Shown in pieces: positions 39,601-52,327 of a stretch of DNA of 64,000 nucleotides (position 1 is the stretch's first letter; each line of letters opens with the position of its first letter). The notes under the pieces are model-generated. The model saw nothing but the letters and a program-made list of their open reading frames with translations. It was not told where the DNA came from and searched no databases. Location of the stretch: the NCBI GenBank assembly GCA_965655095.1, contig OZ296651.1, positions 26,412,001 through 26,476,000 on the forward strand. Reading direction: 5' to 3'. The translations under genes were made by a program, and so were the position numbers. Origin of the DNA: Haplodiscus bocki (Eukaryota).

Positions 39601-42600
39601 GATAAAAAGAGATTTGGATATGAAATCATTTCTTTTGAATTTAAAGTAGGAAATGATTACCAAAGCTTTGGAGCGTTAAACCAGCTCGGGATTTTGAGGT
39701 AACAACTGTAATTTGTTCATCAAAAATTGAATCAGTGTAGGAAAAAAGTTTCACTTGACTTGATTTTTTTGGAAATTTGACAAGTGGTTAAGTGCAATAA
39801 ATCCAAGAATATACTTCCATGATGTATATGGGAAACAACTTTAAAAAGTTCATATCTCCACATTTCTACCAGAAAGAAATCAACAGCAGTGTAACCTGGC
39901 TCGTTCAGCAGCTACAAGCAAGTCGTCATGTTGCGGTTGTAATACTTTGCGAGACATGCAGGTATTTAGGTTTGACTTTTCACAAGCTGATTTCTAGCAG
40001 AATTGAGGTACACAAACACAAGTGCATCTCTTATCTCATTTCACCATCAAATACAAAATTGAAGCAAGTCTGGATTTGACTCGGCTGACAATATTATGGC
40101 TGAGAGTTATAGTTTGGCTTCATGTGGCGTGATATGAGGTTAATGAAGCAGTTTGGCTTGGATGCCCAATTATCCTGAGTTTACTCTAAGGAAACTCTGC
40201 TATTAGTATCATGGTTCCTATCTTGAGCTCTGATTAACCGGTTAGTCCAAGGAGAGTTCGGGCCAAAGGGTGCTTCTTCAATATCCGATAAAGTCTTCAT
40301 AGTTGCAACAATCGTGTTTTTAATTTCCGAACATCCGTCGGACACCCAAATTACAGGTAAATGTGGTAGTTTTCGCCATCGTAGTCAAAAATGCAGGCAA
40401 GAGCATCAAAATCACTGAAATTTTCATCAATAACATTAAAACAGTGCGAGAATTCGATTATGAGGGATTGAAAAACTTTGTATCTATGGAGATTCGAAAA
40501 GAAATTGTTTAACAGGTCTGGCCGTCTACTGCTGGAGAAAACTTTTGTTATACTCGAGAAAACTGACCGTCATGAAAGACAATAGGATTGCCCTTGACCA
40601 AAAATGGGGTATAACGGCGTCCTTCCAATAACCTGACTGTAATTACTTCAAATTTTTGGGTTTTATGGTGAGCAGTGTAAAAAAGTTAAACATGTTTTCC
40701 AAAACAATTTTAAAGAGCGACAAAATTTGAATGCAGACTTCATTATTGTATAAATATTTTTTTCACCTTATTGTTTAGTCAATCAAACATTTGATGGCAA
40801 AGTCTTGTGTTAGCTCTGGCTTGTATAATATCTTCGTTAATGAATTCACGCTGTAACATGTCCGCTCCAGCTCTTTCTTTTAGGGTACCCACACATATTT
40901 CATTTCACGAAATATTGTGACTTGCAGTTGGTATGCATGAAATTTATACTTTTTAACGTTCTCGAATGAATTTATGTTAGTGGTATAAAATCAGTGATAA
41001 TTGCGATCAGTAAAAAAATCCTCCAATCGTCATTGATCAACATAAGGAGGGAAAAAAACAAATTTTGCTACTTTAGGGTGAATACTCGCTACTTTCTTTG
41101 TTCTAGGCTCAAACTTTGAGGTTCGAGGGAAATGACATATCTTCTTGATTTTTTGTGTTTGTTTGAAAATTTGGGGTCTGCGTGGAAAAAATACCATCGA
41201 TGACATTCAGGAGTGAACCCTTGGTGATTTATATTGGTCGGAAAACATCAAATTTTGTTGATTCAGGACGAGCACAAATAGAAGTTTTATTGTGGATTTA
41301 GTTTTTGTTCATCGTGGGCCTTTTTTATTGAAAATCAACATGTATAAATCCATAAAGGGTGTCAATGATTTGTGGAGCTTAGCTGATAGATTCCGATTAA
41401 AGAATGAAAGTTCCAGAAATCTTTGACTCCTTTATTGATTTCTGATTACGTATTCCGTAGTTTTTGGTGTGGATTAGCTCGAAAGTTTTGATTCTTCTTC
41501 TTGTCCCTGCGATTTGACAGTCAAAATCAAGAAACCTTGTTTGGTCAAGTCTGTTTTCATGAGGGTTGAATTGATGATATCTTTGATTGTATGAATCAGA
41601 ACGAAATTGTTTCATAAATTTCTTAATGTGCTTCAACATTTCGTTTTACTTTTGCATCATAGTTGTGTATTTATATGGCGGTCAAAAGAGAATAGGTTGT
41701 CTAAAGGAACAGAAAAACAAAGGATGGAAATTTGATTTTTCTTCATGAGACTGGTGCTGTATGATTGAGTTGTATAGCAGGGTCCAGATCCTGGTTTAGG
41801 TGTTGAAGAAGGTTTGAAGGAGTTTTTTTTTGTAGAATCAAAAGAAAAACTTAGGCAGTGGCAGTAAGTGGTGAGTGAGAATTACGAATAAAAGCGAATA
41901 TTTTGCTCTAAGATCACAATGGTACCGGTTGTGATTTTTAACCATTCTAGAAACAGAGAAGCAGCAAGTCGATTCTCAAGTTTTGACTGAACAATACTCC
42001 ATGGAGACTTGCGAGCTGGCGATGCTCGAGGAAAAGCAGGTGAAATACTTGAAATTGAAAATTTAGCAGCAACAAAATCAAACGTTTTATCAGGGATTAA
42101 ACTTAGGAAGGGACCAAGAACAGTAATCCATCATCCAATTGCTAATCAGTGTTTCTCCAGCAGTCTTGCCGTCGTTGTCCAAAAGAAGGACAACAACAGT
42201 GAAACAACTCACTCAATTTGTAACAAAAGAAAAGCGAAACACTTTGCTGCTGCAACAAAATTTCGCGTCCGCGCGCAGTCAGTTTTAGGAGAAAAGAATT
42301 TTCTTTTTGGTTGGCTCTCGAGACAAATTCGAATGCAAGAAAATCACTTGGTTGAAAAAGGCATTTTAAAAAATTGGTCAACTGTTTTTCTACGTTGAAT
42401 GTTCACCTGAAATATTGGAAATTACAGAAAACAGGATCTTATTGATTCACTGGTAGAGAAAAATGGTTACAATCGAAAACTACATGTAGAGCGAAAGTGG
42501 GTTGTTGTGTTCCTATTTTATGGGACTCTACGGAACAACAAATGAAATCGGTTTTTTTGTCACTAAGAAAATAGGTAGAATGTTTTTAGGGTTCAAAAAC

Positions 42601-42699
42601 AAAACTTTCACTTATAATATCAGAGTTTGATGGATGAGATTTCCACTCTTCCAAAATTGGCCTGAGAAGATGGTCATTGAAAGATTTGTATTTCTTTCA

Positions 42700-44000
42700 C
42701 AGGAAAGAGAATAATTATGAGTTCAACTGAAAACAGTTCAAAATAGTTTGAATGACTAAAAACGAGTTTTTCGGAGGAACTTCTCAGAAAAAATATGTAA
42801 CACAATTAAAAGATAAGATTCAAGAGATCTATCTAATCGTTTTCTCAAGTTTCTTGTCAGGTACGCAAAAGGAAGACTCATTGTTTCTGAAAAAAGGTAC
42901 TTTCGGAGCACAGTAATTTTCCTTTTGCGGTGTGTTTTCGCATCATCATTAGGTATTGTACCGGGATGTTATATATTGTTGCACAAATGTTAGCAACTGA
43001 ATAGTGCGGCGCAAAAACGTTGTCTTTTTCTTGATGTATTTTAGCACATTTTTGTGAAGTTAAATCAACTTATGGCGAAAAGCAAGGTTTGTTTCGGGCG
43101 TTCATACAATCTCCAAATTGCTGATGGTTTATGATTTGCCTTTGATATCGGTGAAATCTAGGAGCAGCATGGCCTTTGAGGCCTTTGACTATGAAAAGCT
43201 TCAAAGTGACTAGATGATACTTCATTAAGTCAACGCGGAAATTCGAACATTTCTTAAGGAAATCAATATCTTGGAAAGAAATTTCGTTTCGTGTTTTTTT
43301 CGTTCTTGGCTAGTTGAACTTCGAGAAATAAGAGTAAAAACTTCCTATTGCTTTTTTGGATGAAATGAGTGGCATTTGCTTCGAATTTTATGCTGACAAC
43401 GCCAATTACTCTTTCATCAACTGTAATATAGGGAAATATTGAGGTGTTTCATGATAAAAATTCGTTGTTCATTGAATTAGAGTTCTCACTTCCATAGATA
43501 ATTTTTTTCTGAATCGTCAATCCATCTGGTTATGATCTCATGAACTTGAACACAAACAGTCCGAATTCAACGTTGATACTTACCAAAAATTTGGCGTGAA
43601 GACTTATAGTACCAACACTTTTCAATACAACTTTCTAATGTTTCCAACTGAATTCAATTCTTGTGATAATGCCATTCTAAAATTGATTGATTCGGCAGTT
43701 TAATGTCCTGTTTTTTGTGTACGAAATCAGACAACTAATAGCATGAGCGAATACATGGAGAGGGCAGGCTTTAAATTGTGTCTTTTACCTGAGTACTGCA
43801 ACTGTTAATTAGATAGAACAAAATCTTTTCAGAAAGGCGTAATGTCAGAATCCCTTCAATATAAGCTATTGCATCATTCAATTGTTCAACAATGGAGGAT
43901 CTTTGTGTTTTGAAAAACTGGCAAGTCTTTCATGACCATATGGGCCGCGAATGTAAGAGAAAACTTTATCAGCAGCTGTTCTTCCTGTTGCAACAAGCAC
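42700..44000 (+). mobile_element. Decayed LINE reverse transcriptase fragment
   Basis: FDYEK(A)F (~43186) and FYADN (YADD-like, ~43386-43400). Confidence 0.45.
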
Positions 44001-45199
44001 TTCTGCATGCAGAAGAACTTGAGCATTTGTGTATTTTTAATCCAAAGGTCTTCTTGATTTTTCAACTGTGCGAGCTAAATGCGAAAGTGACGGCTCAATG
44101 CAACAAGAAAACAACGATTGCTCAGTGTTTGAGTGGGATGGAGGAGCATCTGAAGGGACTTTATGTGTGTCTTCTCTAGGGATAAATGTAGGGTTATTCA
44201 TACCTGTGGACCAATGTGTCAAAAGATCAGCGTGTTATGAAACAGTTGGCAAATGGTTTTAGGTCTTTTTTCTCTTGAGTTCAATTTTTCTTGAAAATGG
44301 AAAATATCTTTTGGTGGCCGTTGAGTTACCAATTAATTTTCCCTTTTGACCAATTTTGAAAATGTTGGGATTATGAAAGGAACAACCTAACAGTGGGTTG
44401 GTCTGTTAGTTTTGAAAGTGTTAGGACGTTGGGAAGACTCCACGTAGTCATCATCCGAGAAGTCGGAAAAGTGAACCTTGCTTTTTTGAATGAGATGGAT
44501 AGTTTCAGAGGATTGAGGGAGTTGTAGAGAAACATTTTTCTCATTCATGTAAGCGGATCATCGAACGTTCAAAAAGGTTTGAACTTGGTTTACTTCAATT
44601 TTCTGAAATGCTATGTAATTATGAAATGGGCAGTTTGTGTACTTTCGTCTGGAAGATGAACTTCAATTCGGTGAATCAATTCAATAATAATGGTATGGCA
44701 ACGGACCTTTTTTTGAATTACTGCTCTGACATACCATTTTAAGGCTGTGATTCACCGGAAAAAAAAAGAGATATCGATGTCTCCTACCAAGGTTGTTGAA
44801 AGTGTTGCTCGAGTCATAACGAAAATTTGGATGATGACGGAAGCAAGATTTTTCAGGCAGATCAAACAAATTTCTGGCGCAAAAGAGTATGAATTATTGA
44901 CCAATTTTACTTTTGAAGAAAAATAGAAAGAAGGAAAAAGTGTCAAAATGATAGTTGAGTTGATTTTTGAAAACAAACATAGATAAATTTCAAAACTGTC
45001 GGCTCAAATTGCATCGGGTATTTCAAGTTTACGATTGCAACAAGAAAGAAGAGGCGCAGTCACACTGCGACATTTTCCGTCAAGGTGGTGCGTTACTTAT
45101 TGATCGAGCATGCAACAAATCTTTTTTACAAACAACAAAAAATTGACGAATGAACCATCTTGATGGATACCCTGTAGAGGGAAGGCGTACCGATACCTT

Positions 45200-47100
45200 A
45201 AGAGTTTTATAGATTTGGAAATCGATACAATATGAAGAGTAATAGGCCCTTTTGGCTTGTTCAGCCTATAGATGTTCCAACTTAAGGAACACAATGGAAA
45301 TATGATCTATCTGAGAAACCTATGAAAACTGATAGATCAAAACTTCAGACTTTGATATAATAGAATAGAATCCAAATCTTATTTCCGAGAAGGACTAGTT
45401 GGAAAAAAATGGAATCTCAATAAATGCAGCATGTTTGCCACTTTTGGTAAATCTGGTTTCCAAATCCAATGTACAGGACTACCTCCAATATATCCAGAAA
45501 GCAACAAGCTGCCTTGAGTGAGAAGTTATCGATTGACACTTCGAAGGAAAGATGAACAAAATAAAGCTGAAGAAATGTGAGTTGGTTTATCAAAGCATTT
45601 GACGATCCAGCGCAAATTCTGACATTTCTGGTCCATCAAGATGCCTCTGGATTTAACTAAAAAACAAATGTAAAAGTGAACTTCTATCGAAATTAAAATA
45701 AAAACTAGGTTGACACCTTGAAAAGAAGCTCAAGACTGTATTTTTAGAGATAAACGGGTTTCAACAGCGAGATGAATCCAAATAAAAAAAACTTCTAAAT
45801 TTCTGGAATACTATTTTTCTATTGCGGAAACGGATTTGATAGTTTTTTTATCCCAACACTTTGCAAAATATACAAGATTCTGAATTTTACCTTGATGGAG
45901 TAAATCCACTTTGTATTTATGAAGAAAACTGATTTTAAATGTAGATGTTTGCCAAGGTTAGGTGCTTTCTGGATTTCTAGAAATACGACATCGCGACTCA
46001 CAGAACCAATTAAATCAATTTGAAACGCCTGATGCACTGAAGACACAAATCGTTAGACTGAGAAGGTTTTCCAACAAAACTAGTCAGCGTTATGGATATC
46101 CATGAGTTGGAACAAGAGAAAAACATAAAAATCAGTAGCAATCCGTTGGTTTTTTTGAACTATCAAAGTCCAATGCGAGGAACGAAGTCCAAGCTTTTCA
46201 TAACTAGAATTCTTCTGCATATGAAGGTCTGTCCATTGAGATCTTGATGAAAGAAATTATGCCCGGACTTACGGCGAAAAAAAATGTATCTCTTGATGAA
46301 TCAAAAATTATGTCTCCGTTTGGAATCTTCAGAAAACCCGAAAACTCATCAAAAGAACGCCTTGAATGATTATTCAATCGAAGTCTCCTCTGCAACTAAA
46401 AGTTGTCCGACTGGTAACTAGATGAACTGATTCAAGCCTGTAATCACCGAGAAGAATGAAATCGATTATCGATTCATACTTAAACTAGTGCCCTTTTTAG
46501 GAAGTTTCGGACTACCAGGATTTTCGTTCAAGATCAAAATCGAAGATTTTCTCATATGTTGCTTCCATCAATGTTAGAACTTTTCAAGTTAGACGTCGTT
46601 TACAGAAAGTAAACTTGTAGTGATCGAATAAATTGAAATCCAACATCAAGGCCAGACGTTTCCAGTAGCCTTTTTTGGAACTTTGACTTCTCATGATTGT
46701 AATGCAACGTCGAAACTCAGAGACATCCTGACAAAGCATCCTCCAAAAAATTGAAGTTTCTCATCGACAACTGGTTAGGAGAAATCAAAAGGATTTTGAG
46801 TTAAAACTCGAGAAAACTCCAAATCACAAGCTTTTTTTGCAACTTTGGGCGCTCAGGAACTTGGTAAATGGGACAAAACCAAACGTTTTCAGATCAAATA
46901 TTTCAAAACATATGTATACTTTTCGATTTAGCCCTTCATGGAAGAAACCAGGCTTGTGGTTTCTGAGAAAAATAGTATGAATAACAAGATAAATCAAAAT
47001 TAAAAGCAATTTTGGGAATTTCGGAACAACCGTTACGGGACGCAAGGTACAAAACCTCCAAATTTTTGATAGAGTACGCTTCTAAAAGTTCCACATTTCT
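45200..47100 (+). mobile_element. Decayed Ty3/Gypsy pol fragment
   Basis: LEKNGISIN.. (RT), QDASG (RNase H), VRCFL, FRKFGLP...QD (integrase), all broken by stops and frameshifts. Confidence 0.5.
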
Positions 47101-48936
47101 AATTGAAACCTAGATAAAAGAAATGAGTTTTGCGTTTTCATTTTAGAAATGGTGGCAACATTGTTCAATTTCAACACTAAATGCGTTTTATTGTTTTGCC
47201 TCAGTCTGGAAATCACTAGAAGTTTTTTCGAAGTCAAAATCTTCTTGATCGTGGGAAAAAATTTGTCGTGAGTAGAATTGATTGCAAAAAAACTGTAAAA
47301 AAATCATATATTTATATCAATAACTAAGTTTTTTAACAGATCCCCTAATTTTTAACTTTTTTCGGGTCTTTTTGGAAAATTTAAACGTTTTTTTTCAAAT
47401 TCTTCTGAAAATACCGAGAAAAACCAATTTGTTTCATTTACGTTGGTGGTTTTTGAGAGAAACAGAGTCGACTTATCAGAAAACCGTTGATTTTGTCAAA
47501 AAACACTGTTGTTCTGGTGATAAAAAGTAAGACTAACTTGACAAAAATCTAAGAACAAGTATGAAACGTGGATGGTAGCGGAAACCGAACCCGCCACCTC
47601 TGACTTCTTAACCGAGGTGACGTTCACAAAATTTTTTCTTGAAGAACAAACCAACCAATCTGCTCTGCAATACGCGTTCATAAGTCTGGGGGTCGAGCGG
47701 GAAATCAGGAAAATGAATTGAATATTGACTACTGATTCGAGTATTTCCATTTGGAAAAAAAAATTGGGCTGAAAAAAATTCAGATACTCCTATACAATAA
47801 CTGATTGAAAACTTAGCAAGTTTGGTGTAGCAAAGATTCGATTTTCAATTTTGAGTAGCTTTCTTTGAAATGTTTCGATCGTTCTTTTTCTGAATAGGGA
47901 GTACCTGGAGGTTCTTTACATTGATGAGTATTTTTCAAAACTCTGTTTTCTACCCAAAATCGATAAAATCAAGTTAGAGTAATTAGGCTAGAGAAAGCAC
48001 AACAATAATATTCGCGACCAATAGTTGTTATGATTGATGATCAATGTTGAGGGTTGATGAAATGTCGAAATACTTAGGTGTAGCTCTTTTTGTATGTGGG
48101 TTAGTAAAAGAGACAGATCCGAAACAAATTGACCGAAATGAAACATCTTTTCTACAAGATGAAGATGACTTATAGGTAGACGAACTTAAAACTTGAACTG
48201 CAGGAGCTTGAAAGGACTTGAGGGTATTTTGTGGAGTTTGAAGGATCTCTAGAGTTTGATACCTTCCCTTTTGAAATGTGATTTTTAAATCTCTAGAGGT
48301 AATCAAATCCTATCTAGCATTTGGGAAGAGATTTTTTGAAAATGGAAAATACACAGAGAGTAACAGCTTTTGGGATTGTTTTCTCATGGAAGACAATATG
48401 GTATGCTATATTTTTGAATGCGAACCTAACGGAGTTGTAACTTTTTTGTTCTGCTCTGCGAAATCTCTTGGTTTGAGGTGATACTCTGATATCTCAAACT
48501 TCAATAGGATGGTTGGTTCTTAAAGTGATGGGATATTGACAATCTGCGTTTGAAGGGCGACTAGTTCGTTTGGAGTTGCGACACTTTGATCTTAATGTGT
48601 AGTTTTTTCCTTTATTTGAACTTTTTTTCGATTTCTCTATAACTTCTGAATCAAAGGTTTTACCAAGTGCATAAGAGCTAAAAACAGTTTTGATATTTTT
48701 TGTTTCTCACAGGGACAGGCAAAGAATCACGAAAAATGTAGTTGAATAAACTCTGAAGAGATTTGAATATTGGTCGTCCGTTTGTAGTTTTTCGTTGTCT
48801 CGCCAGTCAATCGGAGCCAGAATGGTTGGATAATTAAAGAAAATTCTTTTTGGAATTGGGGTGAAGATTCAAAATTAGCTAACATTGGCATCATGATGAA
48901 CTTGAAGCAGGTTTTATTGGAATCAGTAGAAGTTTC

Positions 48937-50669
48937 TGTCGCAGCACACCTGCGAGGCATGAGGCCGGCCCCTACCAGCCAAAAAGACACTGTAACGCTC
49001 AGGGAAAACTCAAACAATACATACCTTTATTCAAACTCTAACTATCACAATAACATGTTTTTCTAACTGTTGTACATAAATACGGATACGTATATAATAC
49101 GTATCCCTACCAATGCACAAAGACATGGGTACGTATTTATGCGGAACCAAACTGATTCGGACTAGAACGGAACCACTAGGGAATAAACAAATATTCATAG
49201 GGTATAATTAACATAAAAGGTGCCATTTTTATATTATTATATTTATTTATCTAGTAAATATAAATCCACATCTTTTCAATGAAATCTGACAGTTTGATTG
49301 ATTGCAAAAATTGCAGTTTAATTGGAAATTACGATTAAATCGATGCTATAAGCACAACAACTGATTTCAGGTGTATTGACTCTCAGAGTGAAAATTTGTT
49401 CCGTACGTGTTCCGTCGCCATTAGTCTGGTGGCGTCACTAATACTACTCTTACTAAACCCGTGCTGTAGTGAATACGGAATGATTCCGTAATCACTCCTC
49501 ATTTGAGCACATACTACCACAACTATCAGTGAATACGGAAATATCCGGAAACCACTAGTTGCTACTCGTACGAATGACGAGTAAACTAGTAATGCTACCA
49601 GTTTCTACTCGTTTCTAAATAGTAAAGACTGATGAACCGTTACTAATAATGATGAAGTGAGCACGAAGATGATGCTTGTCTATATTTTTCATATTATCCA
49701 CATATTTAAAGTCATGCATTCTGTAATTTTTTTATTATATTTTATTTCACTTCTCTAACTAAGGAAATATTTTTCCTTTTTCCATCTAGGGAAAATACCT
49801 TTTTATACTGTAAACACAAGAACGGCGGAAGAACAAACACTTTGATGTCCATTTCTTACGGGTTAGGACCGTCCATTTTTTCTCGAAAGTTGGAAAGGTG
49901 TGTTCCATGAGGGAAGAGAAGAGATGGTTGGAAAAGTTGTTTTTTTTCCCGCTAGGGTCGGCATTTCTTAACTTCGATGCTATACTTTATTAAAAATTTT
50001 TCCCTTTTTCTGCCTTGACTTGGCGTGTAAACATTTATGTTTCCCGCCAGGAAAAGGTAAAAATAGGAGAAATGAAAGTAAAAAATCAGGAATTTGAGAA
50101 CTTTTCCAGAATCTTATAGTCTTAAGCTTGTGTTCTGTTGTACTGACGATATTAACCAGTATTGACACATTTTTATTTCCGCTACTCTAAACTGTAAACA
50201 CCACTTTGATTTTCCCTTCAAGAAAATACAGTCAATTATTTATCACTGAGAAACATTTTTACCGTAGAAATGGCAACTTGAAACAAAAAGAAACTGGCAG
50301 CCCTAAACAAAGGAAACTGTGAGGAACATCCTAAGAGCAATTTGGCACAAAACTCAAATGCTTTCAGATCACAGGACGACCATATAAATGAAATTTTTGA
50401 AGAAACTGAGGGAAGAGTCACTAAAAAGTTTTCCCAAGGGTTTAGCAGAACGGAAAACCGCATAGTAGGTGCATTAGCACGTCTTGATGACTTCCTCATG
50501 AACCCGCTAATTCAGGGCCGCTCCGGAGCGGCTCCGGAGACGTCCCGGAACATATTTAGTAAAAGCCAGGGAACGAGTGAGGACAACTCCTGGAGTAACC
50601 CTAATCCTGAAGCAGGCATCTTCAACCACCAGTTGACACAAAAATCTGGCCCAGGAGACGGCCACGACA
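48937..50669 (+). repeat. 5' LTR (1733 bp)
   Basis: Direct repeat of 57798-59529; TGTCG/CGACA termini; preceded and followed by GTTTC. Confidence 0.9.
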
Positions 50670-51927
50670 GTTTCATTTAGGTTGCCACTTTAGGTGGTCG
50701 TTGTATTACATAAATTTCAGTCACGAGTTTTTTTCCCATTAGGTGAATCCTCTGCAGCGAAAATATTAGCGAAAAGAATGACTAGTTTGAATGGCATTGT
50801 TCTCGTTCAGTGCAAACTCTGTAAATTGCAGCTTAGGGTAGAGAACTTCGATTGTTTTAGGTATGCTTTAATTGATTTGTTAGGTGAAGACTGCTACGAC
50901 ATGGTGACAGGAGCTACAGAACAGATTCGCAATCGCCACGACATGACAGGAGTTCACAATAAAGTCAATTACTGCTCCCCTAGTATATCTTCAGGAAAGC
51001 AAAAAGAGAACCGCTGTACCAGTCAGCCGCCATTCCGCAGCAGTGAAAACACCCCTGCGACAATTGAAGCATACTAAATTCTGTTGACCCTTCAGCAGTT
51101 GGCAAACAAAAACAATTCTGCAATTTTCCATAACAATAAAAACATTATTTCCAAATTGTCCAAGACACGTACAACAACGATGCCCACGTTCGATCGAAAA
51201 TCTGAAAAATTTGAGTTGTTTGTCAAACGAGCCTCAAAATCCATATTCAACTGACTGGAGAGGACAGAATCAAATACTTCCAATCTCTCATGGGGGAGAC
51301 GCATTACAAACACTTAAAAACATTAATGGCCCTAACCGAGAGAATCTGGGAGAAGTTCTGGCAGTTTTTCTAAGGAAAAATTTAGAACCCCAATCGATGG
51401 CGACAGTCAAACACAAACTCCAGAATCTTGTCTTCAACCCAACAAATCAGAAATTAGTAGATTTTCTTCATCGAATGAGGCTGCGCCAATTAACACCCCG
51501 CCAACTCTTACCAGACATACCAATCACACCACTTGAATGGCAATTAGACCCGGGAGTTATCATCAAACAAGATGACTTGTACGCCAGAGCATGGGATTGT
51601 GAATATGAGAAAGTGAATATGTCAATATTTGATAACGATTACATCAATCTGGTAAAACCTAATTCACCCGAAATCACAGTACGATTTAGATTTGAAGAAT
51701 CAGCTGATGAAATGAGGAGCAGTCCGGAAACCACGCCAGAAAATTCCCCAGAAATTACCCCTCAGACAGACAGATCAGATGACGGAACGGACACGGATCA
51801 CTACATGCAGCCTGATGCCGATACTAGTGTAGAGCAACCCAACCCTACGCCTACCAACCCCCGCTGCTCAAAATATGATCTACGTCATAATCCAGAGCCA
51901 AATTGTAATGATGATTACAGATATTGA
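50270..51927 (+). pseudogene. gag-pol: gag N-terminus/capsid fused by deletion to the pol (integrase) C-terminal tail
   Basis: MATRNKRK start inside the LTR; MPTFDRKSEKFELF; YFQSLMGxDALQT; junction LVDFL|HRMRLR at ~51467. Protease, RT, RNase H and integrase core are absent. Confidence 0.8.
50902..50913 (+). promoter_or_regulatory. Primer binding site (TGGTGACAGGAG, tRNA-Leu-like)
   Basis: TGG immediately after an LTR-end remnant GCTACGACA. The tRNA identity is tentative. Confidence 0.7.
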
Positions 51928-52327
51928 CCGTCTCCCACTACCGTTTACGGAACGCATACGTACACAATCCGGAAATCCTAGGATTGTGTTATGGAACTGA
52001 TATGCGGAAAGCCTACATAATCTTTCAAGTGCTCATCAGCCTTTCTGAAGTAACTATTGAGCACTACAGACCGAACCATACGAATTTTGGCATTTGAAGA
52101 TACTGGGAATTGGATCTTCAACAAAACGCCCCAATATATCATGAGATAATATACGGAATGTTTGCGGAACCAATCCGGAAAAACTACCCAAATTTGATTC
52201 CGGAAACAATACAGAAAACATAGAAATATTCCCAGTATTCTGAGGATAATTCCTGTAAAGCGACACGTTTGGTACTCATTTTACCTATACACAAAGAATG
52301 GCTACTCTAACTGAATTCAAACTAATA

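Noticed and set aside
39600-42600. Short ORFs (e.g. 42009-42398) as genes, or a tRNA-derived SINE near 39870
   Set aside because: No recognisable domains, splice structure or cloverleaf/A-B boxes that I can support.
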